DNA of 59,674 bases from a bacterium (GCA_021159335.1 JAGGRZ010000085.1:1-59674); one strand, 5' to 3'. Positions 17,153 through 28,000 are shown, numbered from the stretch's first letter. The notes: generated from the sequence alone by a model not told the origin. Numbers and translations: made by a program.

Positions 17153-18490
17153 TCAAGCCTGGTTAAGGATGTTTGTCATAATCTCTTCCCACTTACCGAA
17201 GATCCAATCGACTTTACCACGATAATAGTAGTGCAGAAGCATCATAGGTATTCCGAACATAAGACCTACAATGGTGGTTATCAAAGCGACATAAATACCA
17301 CCTGCAAGCTGCGGCACGATAACATTAAGCTGGACATTAGGATTGGTTCTCACGGTTTCCTCGATTTTACCGAATGCCTGTCTTATACCTACAACCGTTC
17401 CAAAAAGTCCGAGCATGGGCTCAATAGACCCAACAGCCCAGAGTGCTGTTACCTCCCAGCCTTTCAGTTGGTCGACTTCCTTAATCATGGTATTATCAGC
17501 AGCACGGTCCATCTCTTGGGAAGCATAGAAATTGTTCCTGTTAGCCCTGTGGTTTTCCAACGCAGCAAGGAATACCCTAACAGTCGGATAATCGAGCGGC
17601 TTTTTGGGGAGCTTTATGCCCGGCACACCATTTTTGCAAATCTCTATGGCTTTCTCAACATTGGGCAAACCAATCTCAAGCCATTTCCTCTTAGCAATCT
17701 CTTCCTCGACTTTCTCATCTGCCTTAAGGAAGTCCTCCTTAGTAGGGAAGTCCTCAGGTCCTACAGACATGGATTCCATAGCTTTCGACCAGTATTTTGC
17801 CACCTCGCGAAGGAATATATTACCTCTTTCGCTCTCCACCTCAGTTTTACCTACTCTATCAACAGGAAGGATTCTATAAAGAAGGCTCGGTTTATTCGGT
17901 GGGAATATGTTAGCCAGCCATAATCTTCGCCAGATAAGTATCCATGTTACTATCCCGAACAAAAGGAGCGCGTGCTGAGCAATCATGAATGCTTTACCAC
18001 CTCTTTTGATGAAATTCCAGTAGGCGGCAAATATTCCTCTTTTTTTAGTAACGACAGCGGCATGCTTGAAAACAACACCCTCTGCGAAGTCCCATTTCGA
18101 CGGATACGGCGGCGATGCCAAGACCACTCGCCACCAATAGTGCTGACCGAAATTGAGACCTGTGAATATCACGGAAAGCTCATTTGTTTCCTTTTTATCA
18201 GCTATTGTGGTGAAGGTAGAATCGGTGGAGACTTCAGCACGAAATGTAAGCCCGAGGTCAGATGGGGACATTACTTTTTCCCAATCGGAATAGGTTTTCC
18301 TTCTGGGATTATATCGTTTAATATAGACTTCCCATCCAAGTGTTACCTGAAGGTTTCCAGCTTCGTCCTTTGACTCATCTGCTGACGAAATATGAACCCA
18401 AATAGAGTCCATGTACTCTTGTGCATGCACTGGCATCAGTGCCATAGCGCTTAAAACCACAAGAGCCAGCAGTGTTAGTTTCCCGTGCAT
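17153..18490 (-). CDS. exbB: MotA/TolQ/ExbB proton-channel protein with N-terminal signal peptide and an extra periplasmic domain
   Basis: C-terminal channel motifs (EPMLGLFGTVVGIRQAF, LAGGIYVALITTIVGLMFGIPMMLL). The N-terminus is MHGKLTLLALVVLSAMALMPVHAQ plus a ~140-aa beta-rich domain. GGAGGAGG SD. Confidence 0.85.
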   Translation of the reverse strand: MHGKLTLLALVVLSAMALMPVHAQEYMDSIWVHISSADESKDEAGNLQVTLGWEVYIKRYNPRRKTYSDWEKVMSPSDLGLTFRAEVSTDSTFTTIADKKETNELSVIFTGLNFGQHYWWRVVLASPPYPSKWDFAEGVVFKHAAVVTKKRGIFAAYWNFIKRGGKAFMIAQHALLLFGIVTWILIWRRLWLANIFPPNKPSLLYRILPVDRVGKTEVESERGNIFLREVAKYWSKAMESMSVGPEDFPTKEDFLKADEKVEEEIAKRKWLEIGLPNVEKAIEICKNGVPGIKLPKKPLDYPTVRVFLAALENHRANRNNFYASQEMDRAADNTMIKEVDQLKGWEVTALWAVGSIEPMLGLFGTVVGIRQAFGKIEETVRTNPNVQLNVIVPQLAGGIYVALITTIVGLMFGIPMMLLHYYYRGKVDWIFGKWEEIMTNILNQA

Positions 18491-18556
18491 TACTACCTCC
18501 TCCTTTTACTTTTGTTTTCTATTTTGCTGTCCTTAATAGTCAATATAATTTAACGA

Positions 18557-18585
18557 TATTTAAATGCCACTATTTCTCGTGTCAA
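18557..18585 (-). promoter_or_regulatory. Sigma70-like promoter upstream of exbB
   Basis: Minus strand: TTGACA (18585-18580), 17 nt spacer, TAAATA (18562-18557). It lies in the 116-nt gap between the PorV-like gene and exbB. Confidence 0.45.
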
Positions 18586-18606
18586 CACAATATTTTCCGA
18601 AAAAAT

Positions 18607-20409
18607 TTACAGAGAACCAGCGAGTTTCCGCATATTCTCAGCTTCTTTAGTCATTCCAAGCTTATCGTAGATGTTCGCAGCCCTTTGAGCAGCAGCGGTA
18701 ACCACCTCTCTGTCCGCATCTGGGTAAAACAGTATTATGTCAAGATAAGCTATTAAAGCGTTCTTCGCATTATCCTCTCCACCCTGAGCAGCATAAATAT
18801 CGCCCATAAGCAATAAGGCATCATCGGCTATGGAATTGTCCTTGTATTTTTTCGGGAACATGGGGTAAGATAGCCTGCCCCAATTTTCGTCGTAAAATCC
18901 AAAGCCAAACTTTTGAACGAGCTTCTTAAGAAGCCCTATAGCACCAGTTGGGTCACTTTCACGCGTCAGATAAGCAAGTCTGTACATGGCGAGTGGTCGC
19001 ACGGGATCCTCAAGCTCTGTCATGTTAGCTATCTCGGTATAGAGCGCCTTAGCGCTATCGAGATATCCCAGAACCTCATATGTGTACGCAAGATCGTATT
19101 GAAGTCTTACATCATATTGGGCGCTATCGCCACCAAGGGAAATAAGATCCTGTATAAGATTCTTCGTCTCCTCGTTTATCTGTTTATGCATCGAAACCTC
19201 AGCGAACATATAATGAGTTCGCTGTGAGAACACAAGGTTCGAACCTTCAGTAGCGAGTATGTTCTGCACCCAGTTCGCGCCAAATTTTCCAATGTAAGCT
19301 TCCTTGAAGAATGGATAAATATCTTTGAAATTAGGCGCTGCGGAGAGTGGTGCTTTCTTGCTTTCATAAGTAAAGTAGCAGTCACCAAAAATAAGGTTCG
19401 CTTTAGCACCTATAAGACCGTCCTTATCCAGCAATCCCTCAAATTCCGTTAGTCTCGCACATGGATCCGTTTGAGCCATAAGGTCCGAAAGCTTATAACG
19501 CTCGGCACCGTGAAAAGTAAGCGTGAACCTCATGTAATCATTGCCCACAGGATTCATAACAGCGCCAGCATAGTCGAGTGAAGGTCGCCCAAGACCACGC
19601 ATCGAACTTATCATCCTGTCGAGAGCGAGTCCCAGCCCGAATGTGACCTCGTTCATGTTATAGCCACCGCGAAGCAGCAGGAACTTGGTTATCTTCGCCT
19701 CTACTCCAAAATGAGGTCTTATCACATCCTCGACTTTCTCCACATCAGCAAGCAGGAAAATACGCCTTATCGGCTTTATTCCCACGCCAAACCTTATAAC
19801 CATTGGGAGTTTATCTCCAGCTATTTCAGATGCTCCAAGATTGTATACAGCCAGTCCGACGCGGAACTTTCGCATTATGTCCTTGGTAACCACGCCGAAA
19901 TCAACGCCTCCAAATCCGCTTGCGGAATAATCGCCCATGGAAGAACTCAGATACTTTCCCGAAATACCCATTCTGAACCTTCTTCCCCAAAACCATCTTC
20001 CGAAACCGGCGCTTATAGCAATATCGTTGAGCGAGAACTCGCCTGTCGGTCTGCTGAACTGGTCTCTGCCTTCAAATTTCGATATACCAAAGCTTGTCAG
20101 AGATAGCCCTATATTGCCTATTTTCCCGATAGGATAGCCGAAAGAAACATTTTCATACCTCGAGTCGAGGAACAGCTGTGCATGGGTTACTGCAAGCTCC
20201 CATCTTTCGAGAGCACCCAGTCCTGCGGGGTTGTAAAGCAGCGCATCAGCATTGTTTACAATAGTAGAGTATGCGCCACCAAGAGCAAGTCCTCGCGCGC
20301 ATGTGCCGAACCTCAGGTATTCACCGGGTTTGCCGTAAACCCCGTCCTGGGCTAACGCAAGGCTTATTATAAGCCCTAATGCGATAATTAGGTATCCAGC
20401 GGATCTCAT
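18607..20409 (-). CDS. PorV/PorQ-like outer-membrane beta-barrel fused to a C-terminal TPR (BamD/YbgF-like) domain
   Basis: Signal peptide, then the motif ARGLALGGAYSTIVNNADALLYNPAGL and an alternating beta-strand pattern for ~300 aa. About 300 aa of helical repeats follow (LAYTYEVLGYLDSAKALY, DALLLMGDIYAAQG, YLDIILFYPDADREVVTAAAQRAANIYDKLG). Confidence 0.65.
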   Translation of the reverse strand: MRSAGYLIIALGLIISLALAQDGVYGKPGEYLRFGTCARGLALGGAYSTIVNNADALLYNPAGLGALERWELAVTHAQLFLDSRYENVSFGYPIGKIGNIGLSLTSFGISKFEGRDQFSRPTGEFSLNDIAISAGFGRWFWGRRFRMGISGKYLSSSMGDYSASGFGGVDFGVVTKDIMRKFRVGLAVYNLGASEIAGDKLPMVIRFGVGIKPIRRIFLLADVEKVEDVIRPHFGVEAKITKFLLLRGGYNMNEVTFGLGLALDRMISSMRGLGRPSLDYAGAVMNPVGNDYMRFTLTFHGAERYKLSDLMAQTDPCARLTEFEGLLDKDGLIGAKANLIFGDCYFTYESKKAPLSAAPNFKDIYPFFKEAYIGKFGANWVQNILATEGSNLVFSQRTHYMFAEVSMHKQINEETKNLIQDLISLGGDSAQYDVRLQYDLAYTYEVLGYLDSAKALYTEIANMTELEDPVRPLAMYRLAYLTRESDPTGAIGLLKKLVQKFGFGFYDENWGRLSYPMFPKKYKDNSIADDALLLMGDIYAAQGGEDNAKNALIAYLDIILFYPDADREVVTAAAQRAANIYDKLGMTKEAENMRKLAGSL

Positions 20410-20442
20410 ATTTATTGCCCCCTTTTATGCTCAAAGGTTTTA

Positions 20443-23400
20443 TTATCGCTCTATCCCTTTCCAGACCGCGATTTTACGCTTAATTTGCTTACCACCTATG
20501 TCAACAATGCATATGTAGCCACCATTGGCAACTATGTCTCCGTTGTCGTTCCTTCCATCCCACTGAATTTCACCCTCGCGGGAATCGGACTTAAGCGTTT
20601 TCGTTCCGCTCCAGACAAGATTACCGAACATATCATAAATCTTTATGTCAACGGTAACACCTGGTGTCGGTGCTTTTATCCTTATGTATGTTTTCTCCTT
20701 CGTTGGGTCGAAGGGATTGGGGAAGTTTATAACCTCTTGAGGCGACCAATCTATAACTATCTGATATGTCTTGCTTTGTGACGGGTTTTCCGCCTTGTCA
20801 AGCACCTGAGCGTAGATAAGCCTTGCGCCCGCCAGAAGAGCATCGATATGCTCAGGCGGAAGCGGAACATCCTCGGGATAGTAAGGCTCATCCGCAGCAG
20901 TATAAATAACCTCAGGATTAGCTGGGTCAAACTCTATAACCTGAACATTGTAATCGAAATTAGGGGACTCAGAAAGTCTTACCGCATAAACCTCACCAGG
21001 TGGTGTATCCTGTGGATTGAATATGATAATCCTTAATTCTTTGCTATCAGACCAATTGGGGTCATCGCTATCGATGTCGTGCGCTTCGATTCTGTCCATT
21101 GTGGGCGGTATCGTATCAAGGATTATTGCGTCCACATTAACCGGGCTGACATACTTGCCCTTCTTAACCTGGCAGTAGACATGTTTTACCTCATTGGTAG
21201 CGTTAGAGAATGTGAACTCGTGAACCCTTTCGAATGGTATCCAGGCACTGGCAAGCAATGCTGGTTCAGTCTCAGCGAATCGCATGGAATCGGGAGTAAC
21301 GAAGGAATTTATGACAGTAAGCACTGTCTGGCTGTTGGTGAATTCGCTGTCAAGCGTATCGTTTGGTGCTACTACTTTGAAGTCAATCTTACTCCACGGA
21401 TAGAAATTCTTCACCTCGCTCGCGTTTCCTGCGGAGTCCACGACCACCACCTCAACAGTATATAGATTGTGGGGGTCAAGCATATCAGCCAGCGGGAAAT
21501 CAACATTGAAGTCAGGATATGTTCCCCATTCGTCCCTAACTACTGCGCAAGCTATGGTATCGAGTTCAACCACTCTAAAGCATACCTTCCAAAGATGACC
21601 ACCATCTGGCTCATCTGTTATGGACATCGGGATAGTATGGGGCAATGTCGTGGTATCAGTATGGGTTAATGGTCTGAATTCAAACTGGGGCGGTATAGTA
21701 TCGTATCCGCCGTGAACCACAATGTCGTGCCAGTTACCAGCACCATCCATAGCACCGCCAACAATATCGAAACTTCCTTCCACACCGTCTCTTATTATAA
21801 GTTGCACGCTGTCATTAGGATAGGGCACCATTATGCCACCGCCACCTGCTACAACAACGAATGGCCTTGGTGCCCATAAACTATCCTCAAACGGACCGAT
21901 GAAATGAAGAGAGTCGACACCCGAAAGATTATCGTTAGCTTCGGGTATTGATGCGTATATGTACCGTTCGTTAGCCCACCCCATATGGGCGCGGAACACA
22001 TTAGGCCACCTATCAGCCTTCGTGGTATCCCAAACGGTGAATCCCTGGGGAATGTCGGGATAAGTTTGATCGAGGATTATAGAGGCTTCCACACGGGGCG
22101 AAACCGTATAAGCCACCGACCTCACCCAACCGTAAACAACCTTCTCACCCTCTCCGGGAGGAACCTGGAAAAGAGTGTCATTATCACCAGGATAAGGTAT
22201 CCAGCCGGGTGCATCTGGTTCAGGTGGGACTGTATCGATTGAAAGGTAATATGCATCAGGTGGTGTAACATATGTGGTAAACAGAACGCCAACCGTCGGA
22301 GAATTGGTATATGTGGTGAAGGCATGTCCTCTATCAGCATCAAAAAGCGTCATCTCAACTCTTATTTCTGTTCTGTAAACTATCTCGTCTGAAGCCATGA
22401 CACTTATGTTCCCCGCATGGTCTTTAACGGCTACATAAAGCTTCTTAACGCCCTGCTCGGGGTTAGTGAATGTATAGCTGAGAAGATGGTCGTACGGTTG
22501 CCACAATCCACCAAGATTATCCGGCCACAAAGCTGAATCCTCGAAAAATGCAATGTAAGCGGGTTCCGCTGAACCATCAACAGCATTTGTTTCAACGAGT
22601 ATCGTTAAATCGTCGGTATATTCATCGCTGTGCGAGGTAGCATCCCTTAGCGTCACCGAATTTATAACTGGACGCTGCCTGTCGAGCGTTACCCGGAAAT
22701 CTGCGGGCGCAGACCAGTTACCAGCCGAATCCTGAACGAAACCATGAACAAGCCAAACTCCATCGTGGTCAGGCAAATGAAAGTCCATAGTTGAAGAAAT
22801 ATATGGCTCCTCGACTACTATCGTGTCGCAGACTGCCTTCCGATGATAAATCCCTGTTCTCGTGTCTCTTGGGTCAACGAAAACCACTCTAACATGGATG
22901 TCGTTGGTATAGCCGCTATCGGCTATTTCCGAGGTATCGGTTGGGTCGTAGCCTACCGAGAGGTCCTCTACATTTATCCTCGCAAGATACGGGTCATGAG
23001 TGTCCAATATAATGCTCATCGAATCAGTAGCGGTGGGGAAAGCATCGTAAATGTTCCATCCGCGCGCATGAATCCATCTGACACCGTCAACACGGCTGAA
23101 CTCATGCTCAATGGTGATTGTAGTATCGGGTCTCGAAGGCGTTGGAACACCATACATAGAACGACTTCCGGCATCGTCCCATATTTCTATCGAGTCGACA
23201 TCAACACCATACCTTATGGTCACATAAACCAGATTGCTGTCGGTGTATGTTCCTGTCAAATCTGGACCGTTAATATCACGCATCGAGACTATATCAACGA
23301 AACCATTATTAATGTCATAGTATATCGAATCGTGACCTACATTAGAAATGTTTCCAGCGGAATCCTTGAGAACCACCCAGATGTGCATCCAATCACCCTC

Positions 23401-25038
23401 TGAAAATCCCGTGAATGTGAATGTCATAGTGTCGCGGAAATCCTGCCAACCAGAAGCGGGAATGTGTGCAAGCATAGATTCGTCCTGGGTAAGGAAAACC
23501 TTGTAAAACGGCGAGGACGAAGGCATGGGGTCTATATGAATTTTAACCGTAAGCTCGTCAGTAGTGTCGCTCGGAAGGTCGGTGGTCCTGTCGAGTATAT
23601 AGACAGCTCGCAGAGTTGGGGCGTCGGTGTCAAGGATAATCGTTCCCGTTTGGGGAGCAGAATAATTGCCAGCCCTATCCTTAAGCTTTACATAAATGGT
23701 CCTAACACCATCACCGGGAGTCATATTGTAAAGATATCTTCCACCAGCGGAATATGGGAAGACAGCTTTATTTTCTTCAAAATCGCTGCTTTGTGCCACA
23801 TAAACGCTTTCAATCCCCGACGCGTAGCTATCGCCGAGAGGTGGATTATCGGCGGCACCTTCTGGCGTAACCCAAACTGCGGTGGAATTGGTATAGCCCG
23901 TCTCCGCGGGAACATCCGTAGCGTGAGGAGCAGTAGTAGTGTCCTCAATTATCACCCGTGAAAATTCCGGTGAACGAGTATCTATGTTGAAAAAGATTTC
24001 CTCTGATGTTATAGGCTCAACATTGCCAGCAGAATCTATAGCCTGAAAGTAAAGACCATAGCGTCCGTCATGAGCTGTCACGAAATCTATAGAATCGGTG
24101 ACAGTAGCAGCACCACCGTAGAATATCGAGTCGTATCTTACAGGCGAGGACATGTCGAGAGAGTAGTAGATTATAACATCTCTAACTCCGCTATAGCTAT
24201 CGCTTGCCGTGAATGATACTCTGACAGAGCGCACAGTATAATACTCGGAAATCCCTGTTGGTATAACCCTTGCTTCTGGCATTCCTGTGTCAAATCTCGT
24301 CCATGTTTGAGCTGGAAGCGGACCAAAGGCGGTATTAGGGTAAATCTCGTTTCCGAGTCTGTCCTTGCCGGCGAGATAGAACTCATAATATCCATCACCG
24401 CCCACAGCAGCGGAGTTGAAGGTTATATCAGCATCAACTGGCGAGCCAGAGAATGACTCCGCTCCAAAATAAGACCATGTATCACCTGGCGCAGTTCTAT
24501 AGTAAATCTTTATTTGAGCCACATCACCTACGACGGCGTCCTCGGCGTGGAAATTTATCTCCAAACTCGGTGTGTGCGTCCAGATCCAGAGTGTTTCAGG
24601 TTCTACAGTCGGGGCGGAATTGTCCTGCCTCGAGCAAACATAGTTCGACCATGCCGAAAAAGCGTAAAGAGTACCCGAAACTGCGTAGCGATATTGAACT
24701 CTGTAACAATATCTGACATTGTCGGAAAGCGGGTCGTCGGCGGGAGTTCCGGGAAGAGAATCCAGACCTATAGTATAACTATTGTGCGGCGCATGCCTTA
24801 CTGGTATGGGGAATATCGAGTGAGTCGGATCTATCCCCGATGGGAATGTTGGGGTGCCCTCAGCTGAAACTACCTGAATATGATAAGCTATGGGATGTGC
24901 ACCCGGAGGTAGCGTCCATTGGATTCTACATGTGGTGCCCTGAGTATATGGCGGCAAAGAAAGTAGTGTCGGCGCACCCTGAGCGTAAAGCCCGACCGCC
25001 AATATTGCTATAACCCCTATTAAGCCAATCCGTTTCAT
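20443..25038 (-). CDS. Giant (1531 aa) secreted multi-Ig-like-domain surface protein with FlgD-Ig/T9SS-type C-terminal domain
   Basis: Signal peptide MKRIGLIGVIAILAVGLYAQG. Nine recurrences of a D-x-(A/L)-(G/E)-N strand motif are present (KDRLGN, IDSAGN, KDRAGN, KDSAGN, QDSAGN, KDHAGN, MDGAGN, VDSAGN, LDKAEN). The tail reads NFPNPFDPTKEKTYIRIKAP..VDIKIYDMFGNLVW..IQWDGRNDNGDIVANGGYICIV. Confidence 0.8.
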   Translation of the reverse strand: MKRIGLIGVIAILAVGLYAQGAPTLLSLPPYTQGTTCRIQWTLPPGAHPIAYHIQVVSAEGTPTFPSGIDPTHSIFPIPVRHAPHNSYTIGLDSLPGTPADDPLSDNVRYCYRVQYRYAVSGTLYAFSAWSNYVCSRQDNSAPTVEPETLWIWTHTPSLEINFHAEDAVVGDVAQIKIYYRTAPGDTWSYFGAESFSGSPVDADITFNSAAVGGDGYYEFYLAGKDRLGNEIYPNTAFGPLPAQTWTRFDTGMPEARVIPTGISEYYTVRSVRVSFTASDSYSGVRDVIIYYSLDMSSPVRYDSIFYGGAATVTDSIDFVTAHDGRYGLYFQAIDSAGNVEPITSEEIFFNIDTRSPEFSRVIIEDTTTAPHATDVPAETGYTNSTAVWVTPEGAADNPPLGDSYASGIESVYVAQSSDFEENKAVFPYSAGGRYLYNMTPGDGVRTIYVKLKDRAGNYSAPQTGTIILDTDAPTLRAVYILDRTTDLPSDTTDELTVKIHIDPMPSSSPFYKVFLTQDESMLAHIPASGWQDFRDTMTFTFTGFSEGDWMHIWVVLKDSAGNISNVGHDSIYYDINNGFVDIVSMRDINGPDLTGTYTDSNLVYVTIRYGVDVDSIEIWDDAGSRSMYGVPTPSRPDTTITIEHEFSRVDGVRWIHARGWNIYDAFPTATDSMSIILDTHDPYLARINVEDLSVGYDPTDTSEIADSGYTNDIHVRVVFVDPRDTRTGIYHRKAVCDTIVVEEPYISSTMDFHLPDHDGVWLVHGFVQDSAGNWSAPADFRVTLDRQRPVINSVTLRDATSHSDEYTDDLTILVETNAVDGSAEPAYIAFFEDSALWPDNLGGLWQPYDHLLSYTFTNPEQGVKKLYVAVKDHAGNISVMASDEIVYRTEIRVEMTLFDADRGHAFTTYTNSPTVGVLFTTYVTPPDAYYLSIDTVPPEPDAPGWIPYPGDNDTLFQVPPGEGEKVVYGWVRSVAYTVSPRVEASIILDQTYPDIPQGFTVWDTTKADRWPNVFRAHMGWANERYIYASIPEANDNLSGVDSLHFIGPFEDSLWAPRPFVVVAGGGGIMVPYPNDSVQLIIRDGVEGSFDIVGGAMDGAGNWHDIVVHGGYDTIPPQFEFRPLTHTDTTTLPHTIPMSITDEPDGGHLWKVCFRVVELDTIACAVVRDEWGTYPDFNVDFPLADMLDPHNLYTVEVVVVDSAGNASEVKNFYPWSKIDFKVVAPNDTLDSEFTNSQTVLTVINSFVTPDSMRFAETEPALLASAWIPFERVHEFTFSNATNEVKHVYCQVKKGKYVSPVNVDAIILDTIPPTMDRIEAHDIDSDDPNWSDSKELRIIIFNPQDTPPGEVYAVRLSESPNFDYNVQVIEFDPANPEVIYTAADEPYYPEDVPLPPEHIDALLAGARLIYAQVLDKAENPSQSKTYQIVIDWSPQEVINFPNPFDPTKEKTYIRIKAPTPGVTVDIKIYDMFGNLVWSGTKTLKSDSREGEIQWDGRNDNGDIVANGGYICIVDIGGKQIKRKIAVWKGIER

Positions 25039-25077
25039 AATTTTATCTCCTTCTTTTATTTCTAAACTTTGCGATTG

Positions 25078-28000
25078 TTATCGAACCATGACAATCCTCG
25101 ATATCGAACCGAACTTAGTCCCCAATGTTCTCACGAAGTAAACACCGCTGGGAAGTTCATTTCCTGCTTCGTCCTTGCCATCCCACACGAATTTAGCAAC
25201 GCCCTGAGATACTTCTCCGCTGTAAATATTTCGAATAACTCGCCCATTAATGTCAAGTATGCACACATTAATGTTATCCCTTCGCGGAATCTCGAGCTCA
25301 ATAATCGCAGTAGCATTAAACGGATTGGGGTATGCCCGCGCTACAAACTTATCGGGCACATACTCGTAATAAACTTCATACTTCCCCGCCTTAAGGCTAA
25401 GGCTCATGCCTTCCGCAAGCTCTTGCTCTCCGAAGGGACCGCTAAGCTGCCAATGCCCCTTTGGAAGCTTTTCAATGGTCAAATTATACGATTCAGGAAC
25501 CTCGATAGTCCAGTGACCATCGTTCGAACTTCCCCACATGAGCATCTCGCCATTCTCACCAACGATATGCGGCAATGACACCTCAAAGACGGGCGGCGGC
25601 ATTGGTAGGTCAATCCCATCAGTGTTAAGTTTTAGCTTTTGCCCCTCAAAGTTAAGCACGGCGACCTCGCTCTCAGGTATTATGCTCTTTCTGGCACCAC
25701 CAGCGGGAACATGAATCGTAGCCGTCGAATCGAGCAGTATGAAGTATCCGCGTCCGGGAACCAGAATGTCGGAATCCTCATACCCACCATTACGACCTAT
25801 TGTGGGGTTCCACCAGCTAAGAAGCCTTCTTGCAAGGGCACCGTTGGGGGTAACCTCGAAATCAGCTGTGTCAGATATACCACCTATCATGTGATAGCCA
25901 GCGCCCTCAAGCGTTCTTATGTACTCCGGAATATGATAACCCCTAAGCATAACATAATGGTCGCTCCGGCTCAAAACCCAGTAGCCGACACCGACTCGAA
26001 GATTGGTCACGCTCTCATAAGTTCTTGTTACCGGATTGAATGTGTAGCAATTGCCAGGAATTAACGATGGGAAAATATCGCGAACATTTGTATTACGCGG
26101 CAGAAGCGGCAAGCTGATCATGTTCCAGCCACGATAAAGGTGCATAACCACGGAATCAGTGTACCAAGATGAGTCGAAGAAAGCTATCGGCTCTGAGTAT
26201 CCACTCTCGTTGCCCCACGGGTCTATAGTCGCTATGTGGAAGTACCTGACTGGTGAACCTATAATTATGCTTCTCGGCAGTCTCATATAATGCTCGAATG
26301 TTAATGGTTCAGTTTTAACCAGCAACGGGTCACCGGTGCAAAGCCACGAGCTGTCCGCCGAATGCTGAAGTCTATACATATTGCCCAAGCCACCTGTGCC
26401 GTATGACGAAGGAGTTGTGTCGGACCAGTAAACTATAAGCCACATCTCGCCGCTCTCATACTCCGTGCGGACGGAATCGATTCTTACAGGATAGGGTGGC
26501 GTTTCACTTGAGAATCCTCGCTGAACTCCAGAGGTAGTAGTATTACCGAAATTGTCAGAAACCAATATCGTGTAGTAATTGTCCCTGAAATTGTGCCCGG
26601 GATTGGGAGACTCGTCAACGAATGTATAAACACTTATAAATGGATTATGATTTATAGTCCCTATTTCGGTTCCTAATGCACCGGGACTATTCGAACGATA
26701 AATATGATATTGTCCCACACCAACACCGGCGTCAGTGGAAGGTGAGAACCATAGCTTTATTACGAGCTCATTGGTGCACTTCGCATAACTGTGGAGCGAA
26801 TCAACAGCGGTAGGCGCAGGGGGGGTGTTATCAAAGCGTGTATTGACAACATTAGAATAAACGGATGTGTTGCCTATGGCATCCCTTGCCCAAACCCTGA
26901 AATAATACTGAGCTTCATCCAGACCACCAATGTAGTATTTAAGCGTATCCCAGTCCTCGCAAATGTGGTCGTCAGGATTGTGTAGCGACGGGTCGTGAAT
27001 GTCAAGTGGTCCTATGGTCGTGAAGTCCACAGTAAAATCGGGCGATGAGGCAACATCAATGTAAATGTCAACTATATCGCAATGGCTTGTGTCAACTATG
27101 CTAAGCGTAACACCTGTGCCGGGAGACCATGTCGGAAGAGGTATAAGCATGGGAGCAGCCGTTATTTTGTCAACTATGACGCTATCCATTCCCCTGCCGC
27201 AATAGGAATACTGGTTAAGGCTGTCTATAACCACGACAAGATAGTAGTAGGTTTCATCATCTGCCAGCCCGCTCGCAAAGTCGAAATAACGATAATCGGC
27301 ATTCAACTTGTAGCTATCAGGGCAGAAAGTATACAAAAGATGCCTGGTGTCGCCAGTATCCACTGGGAAGAACGACGATAACTCGTCATCAGTGAAACGG
27401 AAAAGCTTGTAACATTTAACGCCAGAGCCACAATCAAGCGCGCGTTCATCGGAGACATAGAAGTGAACATCTATTCCCGCCTCGCTGAGCGTTGCAACAA
27501 GGCTGTCAACACAGCCAGGTGCACCTATATCGCAGACAGCCGGAACCTGATACGACCAATCGGAAACAGTGGTATCAAGCTTTGCCCGCACGCCGAAAGT
27601 ATAAGTATGGCAATCTCTCGTGAGCCAGTTATATGAGGGTGCCACAGTCCAGACAGAAGTTAGGGTATCGCCTGTCGTCTCATCTATCTGACGATATTGA
27701 TACATTATTCCGGGGCGAGGATGGCACATGGTATGGTCAGTATAAACCGTGAACGAAGGTCTTGTAATCCAATGAGGCGGCGGCATGAGGATCGCGCATA
27801 TCGGTGTCTCGCAGAAACCCGGCCCTATAAGTCGTGCCATCTTTATCGGATTGCCGGTAAGTGGATGATGTCCTCTAACGAAAACGGGAACCCCTGCGCT
27901 GTCGTAGGGAACCACGGTATAGTAATATGTTCTACCATAAATGACATCATTATCGATATAGTAGTATATTTCCGAGCCATCGTTTGGAATAAAAGCAAGG

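Noticed and set aside
17231-17923. 230-aa plus-strand ORF
   Set aside because: It lies entirely antisense within the well-supported exbB gene. It has no SD and a low-complexity composition typical of a shadow ORF.
22843-23403. 186-aa plus-strand ORF, plus several similar 60-165-aa ORFs between 20485 and 24867
   Set aside because: All are antisense within the 1531-aa gene, whose frame is uninterrupted and carries recurring domain motifs and a CTD.
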